A DNA stretch of 64,000 bases from Podarcis liolepis (Eukaryota): NCBI GenBank assembly GCA_965112155.1, contig OZ218104.1; one strand, 5' to 3'. Shown here one piece after another: positions 1 through 18,279 of the stretch (the first letter of the stretch is position 1; the number at the start of each line of letters is the position of its first letter). A program made the position numbers and the translations under genes. Below the pieces are notes generated by a model that ran no database searches, was not told the DNA's origin, and saw only the letters and a list, made by a program, of their open reading frames with translations.

Positions 1-914
1 TTGAAACCTAGGTGTGTGTTCTGGTGATGTCACTGGGACGATCCCCAGTGATGTCATGGAGGGTGACGTCATTAAGCATGATGCAGTAAACATTGGCCAC
101 AGTCGTCAAGAGCATGTCGTTCAAACAAAAAACACAAAAACACAGTCTAACAAATTAGCAGATATGCTACTGGCTGGAAGTTGATAGAAGCCTTAGCTAA
201 AGTGGGTTGATCCCAGGTCCAGCTTAATAAAAAACATTTTTGTAAAGGCACTCTCCCCCACGTGGAGATTCAAGCCCCCCATCTGCCCCCTGGAGGGAGC
301 CAGCCAAACCTGGAAACTCCAGGTGAACCTCGAGGTGATGCTGAACTGCAGCTCCCATCATCCCTGGCCATGAGCCATATTAGCTGGAGATGATTGGAGT
401 TCCCCATAGTATGCTAACTGCAGCAGATCTCCAGGGTTTCCAGGAGGGTCTTTTCCCAGCTGCACCTGCAGAAGCCGGGGGTAGAACCTGGGACTGCATG
501 CATGCAGAAGGGATGCTCTGCCACTGAGCTGCAGCAGCTGCTTTCCAGCTGGCAGGAGATTGGAGGAGAAAGGGGTTGTTTTTAACCAGAGCTGCCACCC
601 CAGATGCTTTGATCTGAGCCTCTTCTTCCCTGTGTTATCAATGAGGGGCTGCCATTCTTTCTCCATTGGGACTGTGAGGGGCTGCACTCCTCTTGCCCCC
701 ATCAGAAAGAAAGAGCTGTTTCCTCTTGCTGGGCCAAGGTAGCCACTGCAGCCATACAGCTCCATGTCCCGAGAGAGCCGGCAGGCAGGTTAATTATAAC
801 AAATGGCTGTAATTAGCAGAAGGAAAATCAATGCAGGAAAAATTACCCTCCTGCTGCCTCTTGTTTTTCAACATGGATAATTGCCTGGGACACAGGTCAG
901 CACTTTGGAGAAGG

Positions 915-1044
915 NNNNNNNNNNNNNNNNNNNNNNNNNNNNNNNNNNNNNNNNNNNNNNNNNNNNNNNNNNNNNNNNNNNNNNNNNNNNNNNNNNNNNN
1001 NNNNNNNNNNNNNNNNNNNNNNNNNNNNNNNNNNNNNNNNNNNN
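915..1044. other. Assembly gap (N run)
   Basis: 130 N. Confidence 1.
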
Positions 1045-1776
1045 CTTGGAGGAAGCTTCACCAAATACAGCATTAAACAGGACTTACATTCTATCTATCA
1101 TCTATCTATCTGTATCATCTAACTACCAACCTACCAACCAAAAACAACAAGACATATCTTGAGTAGACATTGTTAGCATTGTGCTGACACTTGGGATTTT
1201 CCTGATCGGAGGGTGAATGCACTATCTATCTATATCTATCTATCATCTATCTATCTATTTTTTAAAAATGCTTTGGAAACCTAGCTGATCTGAAAAGAGG
1301 TAATGTAAATAAATTCAGTAAACTGTGTATCATAAATGCTTCACAGACATTTTCACGCAGGCATCCTTTTTGCTTAAATGTGCACAGAATCGCAGAATGT
1401 CTTAATGTTTCTATTCATGTCCGGAGGAGCAGAGAAGTGAGTTGAAGAACAGAACATCCACTGTTTTTAACCTGGCCTTTCAAACATGGAAATCTGGGCC
1501 AAGGGAACCTCAGTTGCGGTCCTCCCGGTCCTCTCCTGGCCATGTCCCCATTCTAGGCCACACCGCTCACCTGGTCCAAGCCCCACTTTCCTTGAGTGCT
1601 TTTGCCTCCCACTTGCCTGGGAGGAGAGGGGTGTGAATGGAAACCTCTGACTGGCTAAGAGCCTTGTTTATTGCTTCACCCACTTTTGTCTCCATTTTGA
1701 CTGCCCTCCCACCCACCCCTGGCATGTGGCCCCAGGCTGGTTATCCATGAGCAAATATGGCCCCTGGGCTGGAAAA

Positions 1777-1967
1777 GGGCCATAGCTCAGTGGTTAGGGC
1801 ATCTGCCTTGCATGCAGAAGGTCACAGGTTGAATCCTTGACATCTCCAGGTAGGGCTTGGAATGAGCCCAGTTTGCAATCCTGGAAAACTGTTGCCAGTC
1901 AGTGCAGACAATACTAAGCTAGATGCTCCGATGGCCTGACGCAGTAGGAGGCAGCTTCCTGCGTTCT
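1777..1967 (+). mobile_element. tRNA-derived SINE (Squam3-like)
   Basis: GGGCCATAGCTCAGTGG...GGTTGAATCC head. Related copies at ~4358-4465(-), ~9800-9965(-), ~38016-38205(-) and ~38686-38855(+). Confidence 0.75.
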
Positions 1968-3149
1968 TGTCTCTGATCTAGACTATACAGATGGCTGGCA
2001 GCCGTTTGGCATGGACGGGTTAAAAATATATCGAGAATACAAAATGTGCTCATTGCTGTGGCGCTGAAAACATAGGAGAGCTGAAAACCTGCCTGGCTGA
2101 ACACTCAGCGGATTCAATAAAAGCACTGTGGGATTAATTCTGCGATGCTGCCTTAATGTTTGGAAGAGGGCTTTGAATTGACAGGCAAGTCCCACTATTG
2201 ACGGATTTCAGCCGCGTCCCGAAGTATTTATCTGTTCAGCAGCAACAAATCATTGATGACTCATTCGTCAGCACTAATTCTCCTCCTCTTCATGTTTGTT
2301 GTACATTCACTCTCTGCCCCCCCCCTTGTAGGTTTTTCTCAGCCTGCAATTTCATTTTTATTGTTTGCCGCCGAATACTCCAACATCTGAAGGTCATTTT
2401 TTAATTCACAAGTTCTTCCCAGAAATGTCTACACATCCGCTCTCGCCTCCCACCCACTTTGTGCAACAGGCACCTCTAACATGCCCTCCTCTTTCCACCG
2501 TGAGCCTGTCCCTGAACGTAACCACGTGGAGGCACATGCCGCTGGAGACACACGGCGTCCTTGGAACAGTGGTGAGGAGACCCCTCCTGGAAAAGCTGGC
2601 GGCTGGCTCTATCTCTCTAACTCAGCAGCGGCAACCTGGCAACACAGCTTCCTCTCCCACTACAAAAGGGAGGCTCACAGAGCATATGCAGAGTGGGTAC
2701 ACCTCCCCTCCTGGGGCCCTTGCCTTTTGCACACATCCACCCTTCCTTCCAAGGTGCAAGAGGGAGGGCATTAGTGGCCATGGCAGGAGGAGGAGAGGAG
2801 GAGGAGACAGCAATATAGGTGCAGTAGAAAAGAGAGCAGAGCCCAGTGCTGGCTGTGAAGGCACAAGCCACAATGCCCACTATCCAGAGCCCTCTGAGGC
2901 AGCACCTAGAGTGGCCTTCAGGTGTTTTGGAATACAACTCCCATGAGCCGCAGTTGGCTCAGCCCAATGGAAGTTATGGTCCAAAACAGCTGGAGGGCAC
3001 CAGGTTGGGGAAGGCAGAGGTTCACTTTCTCTTCAGGCCAATATGCCCGTGGGGGGGGGACCAGAAGCAAAGGTGGGCAGACCAGTTTGTTTAAGTTTTA
3101 TATTTGCAGAGTAGGTTAGTTTCTGCTCATTCACAGCCTCCTTCATGCT

Positions 3150-3655
3150 GCTCCAGAGAGTAGGACTCGAACCTAAGTTACAAGAAAGGAGATTCGGACT
3201 CAACATCAGGGAGAACTTTCTGACAGTAAGAGCTGTTTGATGGTGGAATGGACTCCCTTGGAAGGTGATGAGTGGTGTAGTGGTTAAGAGCGGTGGACTC
3301 GTTATCTGGTGAACCGGGTTCGATTCCCCGCCCCTCCACATGCAGCTGCTGGGTGACCTTGGGCCAGTCACACTTCTGTGAAGTCTCTCAGCCCCACTCA
3401 CCTCACAGAGTGTTTGTTGTGGGGGAGGAAGGGAAAGGAGAATGTTAGCCACTTTGAGACTCCTTAGGGTAGTGATAAAGCGGGATATCAAATCCAAACT
3501 CTTCTTCTCCTCCTCCTTCCTTGGAGGTTTTTAAGCAAAGGTTGGGTGGTCATCTGTCATGGACGCTTTAATTGAGGTTCCTGCATTGCAGGGGGTTGGA
3601 CTAGATGACCCTCAGGTCCCTTGCAACTCTGAAATTCTGCCATTCTGTGATTCAT
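3150..3655 (+). mobile_element. CR1 LINE 3' fragment interrupted by a SINE
   Basis: AACTTTCTGACAGTAAGAGCTGTT...GGGGGTTGGACTAGATGACC...ATTCTGTGATTC. Confidence 0.8.
3270..3510 (+). mobile_element. tRNA-derived SINE (Squam2-like) inserted in a CR1 3' end
   Basis: A box GTGGTGTAGTGG, B box GGTTCGATTCC, (CTT)n tail. Confidence 0.75.
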
Positions 3656-4673
3656 TTGAAGGAAACCAAACTCTAGAAGCACTTGGAGCCACAGGAGTCT
3701 CCTAAATTAATACACCGTTTCTTAAACCACTCTTCAGTCCCGAGAGCCTCCTAGTGATGTCTTCACCAAGCTGGGGCAAGATGTGTCAAAGACTCCCCGG
3801 AAAAAGCAAAGAGACGTTTGACTCGAGCACATCCAAACTGACTGTGTGAATCAGGCAGAATGCTCAGCCCCGTCCCCTCTGGCCCAGCCAGTGACTTTTT
3901 GTGGTCCACAGAGCCAAGAGGCCTCCTTCCTCCCCCCTCGCACAGCAGTCCAGGTTCAGCTGCCTGGGCCAAGTAGCTGCCAGAGAGTCAGGCTAATTAA
4001 GCCGCTCAGTCAAAAGGTCGGTATTTGCTAATTAAATGAGTGTTAACAAGTGCCTGGGAGCCAAAAGGAGAAGGGGAGGGGAAGAGACTCGGCTCCATCA
4101 CATGCTGAATTAATATCAACAGGAGTCCTTGGGGAGGGGGGGCCACTAGGCAGCCCAGCCTGGCCTGGAGACACTGGGGAAATCAAGGGCTTCCCCCTCT
4201 CAATAAGCAACGCTCACCCACAGATGAAAGGCTGTCCTTCTCTACCGCCATTTTTATACGATATGATCCAAGATCTTAAAAGACAGCTTGGTTTCTCCGA
4301 ATGCAGCAAGCTACCTTTTTATCAAGTCAAAGCATTGCCAAATATTATCTAAACTAGTAAGCGGTGGCTTCTCCAGGGTTTCAGGCAGGGCACATTCTTA
4401 GCCCCTCCTAGAGATGCCAGGGATTGAACCCTGGACCTTCTGCATACAAAGTGGATCATCTACCCACCAGGGGGGTTGCTCAGGGCACAAGCCCAGGGCA
4501 TAAATCTGCATGATGTTTGCATACGCTAATTTATATGCAGAGGTACAAACATGGGTTGATTTCAGAGGGAAAATGAAGTCTGGCTCTTGCTTTCAGGGCT
4601 TACTCTCACCCTCTCCTCAGTCTCTGGGCAAGAACTACTGCTGACGTATATAAGGAAACTAAAGCAAGTCTTA

Positions 4674-5025
4674 AAGAAGGTAAAGGGACCCCTGATCATT
4701 AGGTCCAGTCGTGGTCGACTCTGGGATTGTGGCACTCATTTCACTGTATTGGCTGAGGGAGCCGGCATACAGCTTCCGGGTCATGTGGCCAGCATGACTA
4801 AGCCGCTTCTGGTGAACCAAAGCAGTGCACAGAAATGCCATTTACCTTCCCGCCGGAGCGGTATCTATTTATCTACTTGCACTTGATGTGCTTTCGAACT
4901 GCTAGGTTGGCAGGAGCAGGGACCAAGCAACGGGAGCTCACCCCGTCGCGGGAATTCAAACCACCGACCTTCTGATCGGGAAGTCCTAGGCTCTGTGGTT
5001 TAACCCACAGCGCCACCCGCGTCCC
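4674..5025 (-). mobile_element. Sauria SINE, full length, with 14-bp TSD
   Basis: tRNA-like head GGGACGCGGGTGGCGCTGTGGGTTAAACC, tail (ACCTTT)-like, TSD TAAAGCAAGTCTTA at 4660-4673 and 5026-5039. Confidence 0.9.
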
Positions 5026-7266
5026 TAAAGCAAGTCTTATCCACCATCTAATGCAGGGTAGGGAATTTGTCAGCCCCAAAGCCACATTTCGTTCTGGGCT
5101 GCCCACCAGATGCCAGATGCCAGTGGAGAGCAGGACCAGATGTAAAAGTGGACGGAGCAACAAATGCAAAGTTTACCTTTCTATGGCAGGCTGGTTTCTA
5201 TGCACACTCACATATCCTGCTCTGTCCTCCATCCAGACAAGCAAGAGGCACATTCGCCTGCTCCAAGTCACCATCACTCCATGGAGAGATAGTGATTTTG
5301 GAGATAGCAACTGATACCAAAGGCTGGGAAACTCACACAATGTTTAACAATGTTTCCTTTTGCAGGCCCCGAGGATTAGGAGCCCCCTGGCAAAAGCAGC
5401 TGCCCCCTGTACCCTCATCAAGCTCCATGAGGCCTCTGCCAAGCAGGCAAGCGTGTCTCCCTCACAACTTGCCAGCACCCGGGGTTTGATCAAGCTGGGG
5501 GAGATGACTATGACTCCTGTTCCTCTACCAGGGTCTCTTTCTAGTTCACAGCGCATGTTAGCAGCTTCCCTGTGCCTGCAAGATGATTGACAGCTCTGGG
5601 GAAGATTCTGCTCATAGCAGGGCAGCCCAGAAGAAAGAGCATCCTCAGCAGGGCCAAAGGGTGGGGATCTCCATCTGTCAATTTCCTTCCCCGTTTGCTC
5701 CTGACAGCTCCATAGGAGTGGGACGATCTCAGCTCCTGTTTTAAAAAACAAAGCAGATTCATGGAGGAGAGGGCTATCAGTGACTACTAGACACAATGGC
5801 TATGTTCGATCTCAAGTGTAGGAGGCAGTATGCTTCTCATTAGCAGTTACTTGGGAGAACAAGTGGGAAGAGCTTGTGGGCTTTCTGACTGACCAGTGTG
5901 AGGTCAGGATGCTGGACTAGATAAGCCTGAGGTCTGATCTGGAAGGGTTCCTCTTATGTCCTTACCTGACCCTCTGAACCTGACTGCTACCTTCTCATTT
6001 TCGCTGCTGGGCACCAAACATGGGGAACAAGTAGACTGATAAAAGCAGAGCTGTATGGTGAGGACCGGGTAGGGGAGGAGCAGGAAATAGAACCCAGAGG
6101 AAAGCGGAAAAGGGCAGCCCATGATCTGAGAAGCACCTTGGAACAGTGGCAGAGAAAGCATCACCCTTCCACCTGCCAGGCACAGCCAACATTTTGTCTT
6201 GTGTGAGGCTGTGCGTCACAATGCGCATGGAAAGGGCAGCGCTCGTTGCCGCATGCGCTAGGACGGAAGTCACTGCCTGCACTCGGAGGCAGTGGCTTCT
6301 GCAAAGCAAGAACATTACTCAGAGTAGCCCCTTCCCATCTGTGCTCCCAGCCCTGGCAGGTGCCCAAGAGTCTGCCTAGGACCAGAGCCCAGCAAGAGAG
6401 AAGCTGCGCTGGCTGAACACGCAAAGCGGGCAGCATTTCCTGCCTCTAATGAGAACAATTTGCAATGCTGGCTGCTTCCTGGTGAAGTCTCTGGAACACA
6501 GAGTTTCCCTTGAAATTTGCTTGATAGAGTAGAAGGCATGCTAAACTTCATTGTCCAAGGAGCTCTGATGTCCTAGTCTCCACAGAAATTAAGTTCCTTC
6601 TAGAATGGAGGAGGGATCCAGCCACGGCAGCACGCAGGGGCATTAACTGTATTTCTTTACCACATTTTTGTCAAGGCACCCAAGAGGGTTTATAATTTAA
6701 AAAATAACGAAAACAAAGAAACGATATTAAATGTAAAGAGCAGGGTGAGGGTGGAGGAGAAGAGAGAGATGCAGAGGTATTCACAGGCTGAGGAGGGATT
6801 TATGCCTAGGTCAGATTGGCTAGTGCCAATGTCTCATCTTTTCTGCTCTTCTCTTGCTCTTTTATTGTAGAACAGCTCAGATGGATTGATCTAGTGCAGC
6901 CCTGCCTTTCAAAAACGGCCTTTTCACTCATTGAAACTCCTACCCTACGTGCTGGAGGGGCCCGTGGCCTAGCGTCAGGAACACAGGAAGCTGCATGATA
7001 TGGAGTCAGACCCATGGATCAATCTCGCTGGGCATTGAACTTGGGATCTTCTGCAGGTCATGCACATGTCCTGCCATTGTGCTATGGGCTTCCCCCAAAC
7101 CCTTTGTTTTCCCAAGAGTTTTAAGGATGAGCAGTGAATCAGGAAGTCACCAGTTCTCAGACTGCCATCCACATTCGGAATATAGAAATTATCATCTACC
7201 ATGCAGCGTTGTTGCAATTATTGAAATGGTGGATAAAGCATGCCTCAACTGCGCTGAAGCACTATG

Positions 7267-7268
<2 letters not shown>

Positions 7269-7317
<49 letters not shown>
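7269..7317. repeat. (TA)n microsatellite
   Basis: Perfect TA run. Confidence 0.95.
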
Positions 7318-7321
<4 letters not shown>

Positions 7322-8499
7322 AGCAGCTCTTCCATGTTAGAAGCATTGAGCCAAAAGAGTTGCCATGGAGACATAAGAGTATGAGATTCTTAATCCTGGG
7401 ATCATGGGTTTGAACTCCATGTTGGGCAAAAGACCCTCATGGTCCCTTCCAACTCTGATTCTATTTCTCGCTCTCTCAATAGGTATTGCAAAGAAAGAAG
7501 AATTTAAGCAACTGCAACAATTCACCTTGTGAAGCACTGGAGAAAGTGATACCTAAACAAAGTCTAGTTTCTACACTGCCACCTTGTGGCATTTTGAGTC
7601 GAATGGCCCTGGTCATTAATTACCCTTCCGAAGCTGAGCTGAGAAACTAAAGAGGCAGGGAGTGAGGGAAAGGTACCAAAGGAGAGATCAAATCTAATCA
7701 CAAAGGTCAGCTCCTCGAGACAGGAGTCTCCAGGGTACTTCCACACGGGTTATAGGTTGTAAAGAGGAAATCCTGGAAACAAAACTCTGTTACTCTCAAC
7801 AACTTGAGTGTTAAACATACTGCTAAATTGAGGGCTTACTGCCACCAAGTGGAACCAACATGTACCTGCATGTCTCTCTTTGAAAAAAATGCCGTGGAGA
7901 GGATTTCTCCTTTGTGTTAGTTAACTCAGCCAAGGGATGGAGATACTCCAGATGTGCACCCCTCCCTCTTCAAAAAAGAAGAGCCTCCAGGGCATTGGCA
8001 CGGGCTTTGAGAGACAGATTTATTAGACTTGTTAGTTAATGAATTCTCTCATGGTGGTCAAAACAAGAAATGTGATAGCCACATATGAAATCAGTTATTT
8101 TGGTACAAGCATTCATGGGCCATTTTCTCAGTTGCATGAAGCAGATTTGCAATGGCTGTCCTGGACTGTCAAGCAGTTACCGTAACCCCCAGCACCTGGT
8201 ACATGATCATATGTGGAGACACAGAGGACTGAACCTGTACTTAGAAATGGGTTGACTTTAGATTTCCTCAGCTTCCATCCATCACGTGCAAGCCTAGTAT
8301 GAAGAGGTTGGACGAAACCACACTTAAAGTTTGGCAGGATTTCAAACAGTGCAGAGACTTCATGTGCAAGCTCCCACTGCAGAACAAAAAGCACCACTCC
8401 AAGCTGTGAAATCTCCCTGAGCCAAACAAGAGATGCAATTGTGTCCTCCCAAATATACTATTGGAGCAATGCACACATGGAGTGCATGGAGCATAAAGG

Positions 8500-9145
8500 G
8501 AGGGGCAGTACCTCTGGTAGGTGACACATCATGCTCCTTCTGGGGTAGTTTGTCCACCTTCAGTCCCCACCATGCACTCAGCTCTCACCTATAGCAGCTG
8601 TCAGCATGCAAGAGTGACAATACCCCAGGAACAGTTTCAACTGGCCAGCTAAACCAGGTGAGGGCAGCTGATGGGTCTCAAACCCTCAGAAAGTTAGGGA
8701 CTTTCTCTGCACGCAAAGACAGGCTCCGGTGGATTGAGTGAACAAAACTAATAGTGGATCCGTCAAAAAGGTGGTTTCTGCACACGCTGTACAGGGAAGT
8801 GAGGGGCAGATGGGGCATGTCAACCTGTGAAGGTAGCTCAAGGAAAACTCTGGTCCTAAACCTCTGCTGCTTTATGGAATATCTTCAGGGGGGGAAAGCT
8901 AAGGAGCAAACCCTACAAAAATCTGGAACTGAGTCCCCAAGACGGTTGGATGGCATCTAGTACACCTCCTTCCAGCAACTCCTGCTGCCAAGCTGGTGCC
9001 AGGTGTATTGCTGGACAGCCCAGGACCTCCATACACTCACTGTCCAGGCTTGTGCCCCAGGGGTCACTTCAGTGCCAACACAGTGGTTCGACTTCACCCC
9101 CGAAGGCACACTCCATCGTCTCTAGAGACAGAAGGATGCCAACTA
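8500..9145 (+). mobile_element. Interspersed repeat, probably non-autonomous RTE-like; homologous to 58537-59135
   Basis: Shared blocks GTAGTTTGTC, CACTCAGCT, GTCTCAAACCCTCAG, GGTTGGATGGC, CAGCCCAGGACCTC; both end GATGCCAAC. Confidence 0.6.
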
Positions 9146-10335
9146 ACGTGTGCATACACCTATACCCCATTCCCAAGTCAGCCCTTCTTCAGAGCAACAT
9201 GTGACGCCTACCTGCTGTGTCCACAAAATTTCACAGAATGGACTGCTGAAGCATGAGGGGGGATTTGTAACTTTACCTGCTCCAGATCTGTAGCATGTCA
9301 AGAGCATTAATCTCATCTCCACATGACCTATGGGGATGGGTAGATAAGGGCAACGCGACATTTATGGCTTGGCTAGTAAAACTAAACCAGACTTGTGGTT
9401 CCCATCCACTCCCATAGACACCCTCTAGTTATTGTAAATAGGATCCTCTGCACTTCACATTAAGCGCACACTCAATTTTTCCAGCAGAGCTGAGTGATCA
9501 ACCAAGCCCAGCTTCTATTAATTGACTAAGTACATTCATTTCCTCAATGGGATGCAGCGGAGGTGAAAAGGCAGCTCATCCAGACAGTAAAGAGTACATT
9601 CCTGGAAAATAACTGCATCGGATTCTCTGGTGGCTTGTTTGGTCTTCACTTCAGCTGAGCTCACTTTTGCTCTCAGAAAACACGCCTGGTATACATTAAT
9701 CCAGTAAGGAATTGACCCCAAAATGGCACTGTGGTAAGAATCAGGTATCTCTGGTGAATCCCTTGCAAGATTCAGTGTAAAAAAATTAAGAAGCAATCTT
9801 GTACCAAGTCAGAGCATTGGTTCATCTAGCTTGGTAATGTCTGCACTGACAGGCAGCAGCTCTCTGGAGTTTCAGATGGGCAACATTCCCAGCCCTACAG
9901 GGGCTTGAACTGGGACCCTCTGCATCCAAAGCCCGATGCTCTACTACTGAGCTATGGCTCTTCCCCATACATATATAAGGAACTTGCATTTATCACCTTC
10001 TGTTCTACTAAATACCCAAATTACCCAGCTCTGTATCTGCCAAAAGGGAACCTAAGTGAGCAAGGAATGGTAGGTCGCCCCATTCATCCCCCAACCAGGG
10101 AGTTAATAATATAAAATGGGATCCAACTAGCACTGCCTTCCATTCCCCAGGCTGCTTCAATACTGAAATCCTAAGTGGTACCAGCCTCCTTGCCCAACTA
10201 CTGGAGTGCCCACAAAAAATGAGTGGGCATGAGATGGAGATGGCAAAGGGGCTATGCTCAAGTGCCAGGATTCCCAGCCCATGTTGCTCTTCCCCACATC
10301 TCTAAGAAAAGCACCACATAGTTCCAAATCTATCC

Positions 10336-10341
10336 TTTATT
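10336..10341 (-). terminator. RPL13 polyadenylation signal AATAAA
   Basis: AATAAA 21 nt after the stop codon; a short 3'UTR is typical of ribosomal protein genes. Confidence 0.85.
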
Positions 10342-10362
10342 GACGTGCTCCGAACAAAGAGT

Positions 10363-15477
<5,115 letters not shown>

Positions 15478-16549
15478 TTATGTCCCTGAAAATACAAACA
15501 GTATGGATTAGACTCCTTATGATTTCCATTTTAACATCTCTTTTCAGCATACAAAATATTATTTATCCTTGCAACAGTTCTGTGAAGTATACTGGAGACA
15601 CATAATGTCATGGAAACCTAGCATTTGGATTCCTAATTGTGCCAAAGGTTGGAAACTTGCAGGCAGAATGCAGTTATGATGCAGGAAACCTTTTACTTTT
15701 ATTAGGAAGAACTTTATTAGGAAGAACTCATCAAATATCCCACACTGTTTAACAGTATCAAACATGCAACTCTGCAGCATCTCTTCTGCAAGAGACCTTA
15801 CAATAACATAAGGAGCTACCTACTTGCTTAATTTTGGCTGGTCCTGGCTACAGTGATTGGCAGCAGCCCTTCCAGGTTCAAAACCCTTCAACAGGAGATC
15901 CCAGAGAATGAACCTTCTACATATACTCCTGCTGAACTATGGGGCCCTCCCTTACATATGAAACTGCTGTGTAGGATCAGGCTATTAGTTCAGACTAATA
16001 TTGAGTCTTCCCTAGCAAAGGCATTCAAGATACTAAATATCTTTTTTTCCCCCTTTCCTCCCCTCACTCTTGTCTCATTCAAAGTAATGTCTCATTCTGA
16101 ATGTGACTGACTTGTCACATTGTATGAAGGATACACAGACTTCATTTTTTTTAATGATACTAAAAATCTAACTTGGAGCCTCTTGCCAATGCCCTATTAG
16201 AATGGTAAAATATGGGGTCATATCAGCTAAACTTACAAGGCTGCCTTCATTCAGATTCTGCACACTGCTCCACTGAGCCCAATACTGACTGATCTGGCTG
16301 GCTGTGGCTCTTCAAAGTCTTCCTCGTCCTGCTATCCAAGAGCTTAAACCTATGGCTTTCTGCAGGCAAAGTCTGTGTTACACCCACTAAACTAGACTCC
16401 ATCCCCACACAGGAACCTACCTCATGCTGACTCAAACCCTGTTAAGCTTAAGAATAATGGTTTATTTCACTATGAATAAGAAAAAGCTGGTGGCTTTAAA
16501 ACTGCTTGTTTAAAACGTTTAAAAGCTCATTAGCATTCAGGGATACAAT

Positions 16550-16638
16550 GGTAAAGGTAAAGGACCCCTGACAGTTAAGTCCAGTCGCAGACGACTCTGG
16601 GGTTGCGGCACTCATCTCGCTTTACAGGCCGAGGGAGC
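16550..16638 (-). mobile_element. 5'-truncated Sauria SINE
   Basis: Matches the 3' ~90 nt of the other copies. Confidence 0.8.
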
Positions 16639-17318
16639 TACACTTGACTAAATCCCATAAAGGGGAAATTATTTTTGCAGAGTCAATAATAAAATCCTCA
16701 ATGAACGCGAAAGCACCCAGCAAAACAAATGCCCTGCACTTCTTCAGGACATTGCATTTTAGCCAAAACTACTACAGTTAATGAGTTGTAATAGGTCGTT
16801 CTTCACTAGCCAATATCACTCCGAAATACTGTAGCTGTAGCTTGACTAACAGGGCTACAAATCCTATTGATTGGTGCAATAACTCTTGGCCGGAGACAGA
16901 ACCTGGTACCACGATATATGAATGAGCTACGGGTGCCCCCGGGACGCTGGCTTCACTTACCCACCACTGGATGCTCTGGTGACACCAGACCCTCGAAGGC
17001 CGCTAGCCGTCCTAACCGAGGCGCCAGAGGCTGGGCTTGGGCCCGCCTGCGTGCAAAGCCTGTGTGCTCCACTTCTGAGCTCTGACTGGGCCTTTCTAAA
17101 TAACGAGGCAGATCCAGAAGCTCCATGGAGCGCAAAGGATCGCCTCTAACAACCAGGCAAGAGCCCATCAGTCTCCCCACCGGGACCCCATAACCTTTCC
17201 GTAACGTCCACAAGACCCTCTAGAACCCCGGAGTCCGCCCCCGGAGTCCCCCATCCCCGCGCAGACGACGGATGAAGGCGGATAGCCAACCAGGCCTCCC
17301 CCCAGCACGAGAACTCAC

Positions 17319-17355
17319 CTCCCGGGAGAGAAAATGGCCGGCCGGAAAAAGAAAG
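17319..17355 (-). other. RPL13: RPL13 non-coding exon 1 with 5' terminal oligopyrimidine (TOP) tract
   Basis: Minus strand CTTTCTTTTTCCGGCCGGCCATTTTCTCTCCCGGGAG|GTGAGT in a CpG-rich region. The exact TSS is approximate. Confidence 0.88.
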
Positions 17356-17660
17356 AACTCTCGCCAGGAACTCTGGGATATCTGAGCCGCCGTGCGTGAC
17401 CCGGTTCAGGAAACGCGAAACGCTCCGTCCGCGGCCAATCAGGGAGAGGGAATTACCCTCACTGGCGTCAGCCGCTATGTCCAACACATTGTCTTGCCAG
17501 TAACAAAGATGGCGCCCATCTTAAAGGTACCGCGGCCGTTCAATTCTGCCGGCTCGTAATGGATGGAGGGGCGTGGGAAGGGAGTCTCCTATTCAAAGAG
17601 TCTCATTTACTGTTCCTTTCCGTTTGGTATTTGACCCCACCCACCATCGGGATGTAGTCC
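17330..17660 (-). promoter_or_regulatory. RPL13 CpG-rich promoter
   Basis: YY1-type AAAATGGC (17331-17338), CCAAT (17435-17439), inverted pair AAGATGG-cgc-CCATCTT (17506-17522), and ZNF143-like TATCCCAGAGTTC and ACTACATCCC on the minus strand. Confidence 0.75.
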
Positions 17661-17894
17661 CTAAAGGTTGGCCAGAGGAAAATGCAGCCATGGGGCTGAA
17701 AAATGTCCCTCTCCCCACATAATGTGTCTTTCCTTGGTATCAGCACATGAGGGCACAGGTAATGCAAAGGAACAAACTACTGTACTGCTGAGACTGCACT
17801 CACCATTGTGAGGGGTGGGGAGGTGATGATGATGCCTCACCAGCTACTGCCTGGGTTGGCTCAAAAGCACAAGAACTCACCTCCCACAAAAGCA

Positions 17895-18279
17895 AAGGTA
17901 GAAGAAGGTAAAGGACCCCTGGATGGTTAAAGGCAGTCAAAGGCGACTATGGGGTTGCGGTGCTCATCTCACTTTTCAGGCCAAGGGAGCTGATGTTTGT
18001 CCACAGACAGCTTTCCAGGTCGTGTGACCAGCATGACTAAACAGCTGCTGGTGGGTGGAGGATCATGATGAGTGCCAGAGCACACGAAAATGCCATTTAC
18101 CTTCCCACCACAGCAATACCTGTCTATCTACTGGCACTGGCTTGCTTTCGAACTGCTAGGTTGGCAGGAGCTGGGACAGAGCAACGGGAGCTCACCCCGT
18201 TGCTCGGATTTGAACCACCGACTATGTGACTGGAAGCCCAAGAGGCTCAGTGGTTTAGATCACAGCACCACCCATGCCC
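17895..18279 (-). mobile_element. Sauria SINE
   Basis: Similar to 4674-5025; TSD CAAAAGCA at 17887-17894 and 18280-18287. Confidence 0.85.

Noticed and set aside
1777-1850. tRNA genes (also 3270-3340, 38690-38760, 63925-64000)
   Set aside because: These are SINE heads continuing into SINE bodies; cloverleaves are imperfect.
6995-7384. ORFs with YIYIYI runs
   Set aside because: Translation of the (TA)n microsatellite.
1-10300. CPNE7 or another protein-coding gene downstream of RPL13 (ORFs 358-765, 2365-2946, 5344-5796, 8128-8397, 9536-9796)
   Set aside because: No copine C2/vWA-like or other recognisable peptide, and no consistent exon chain.
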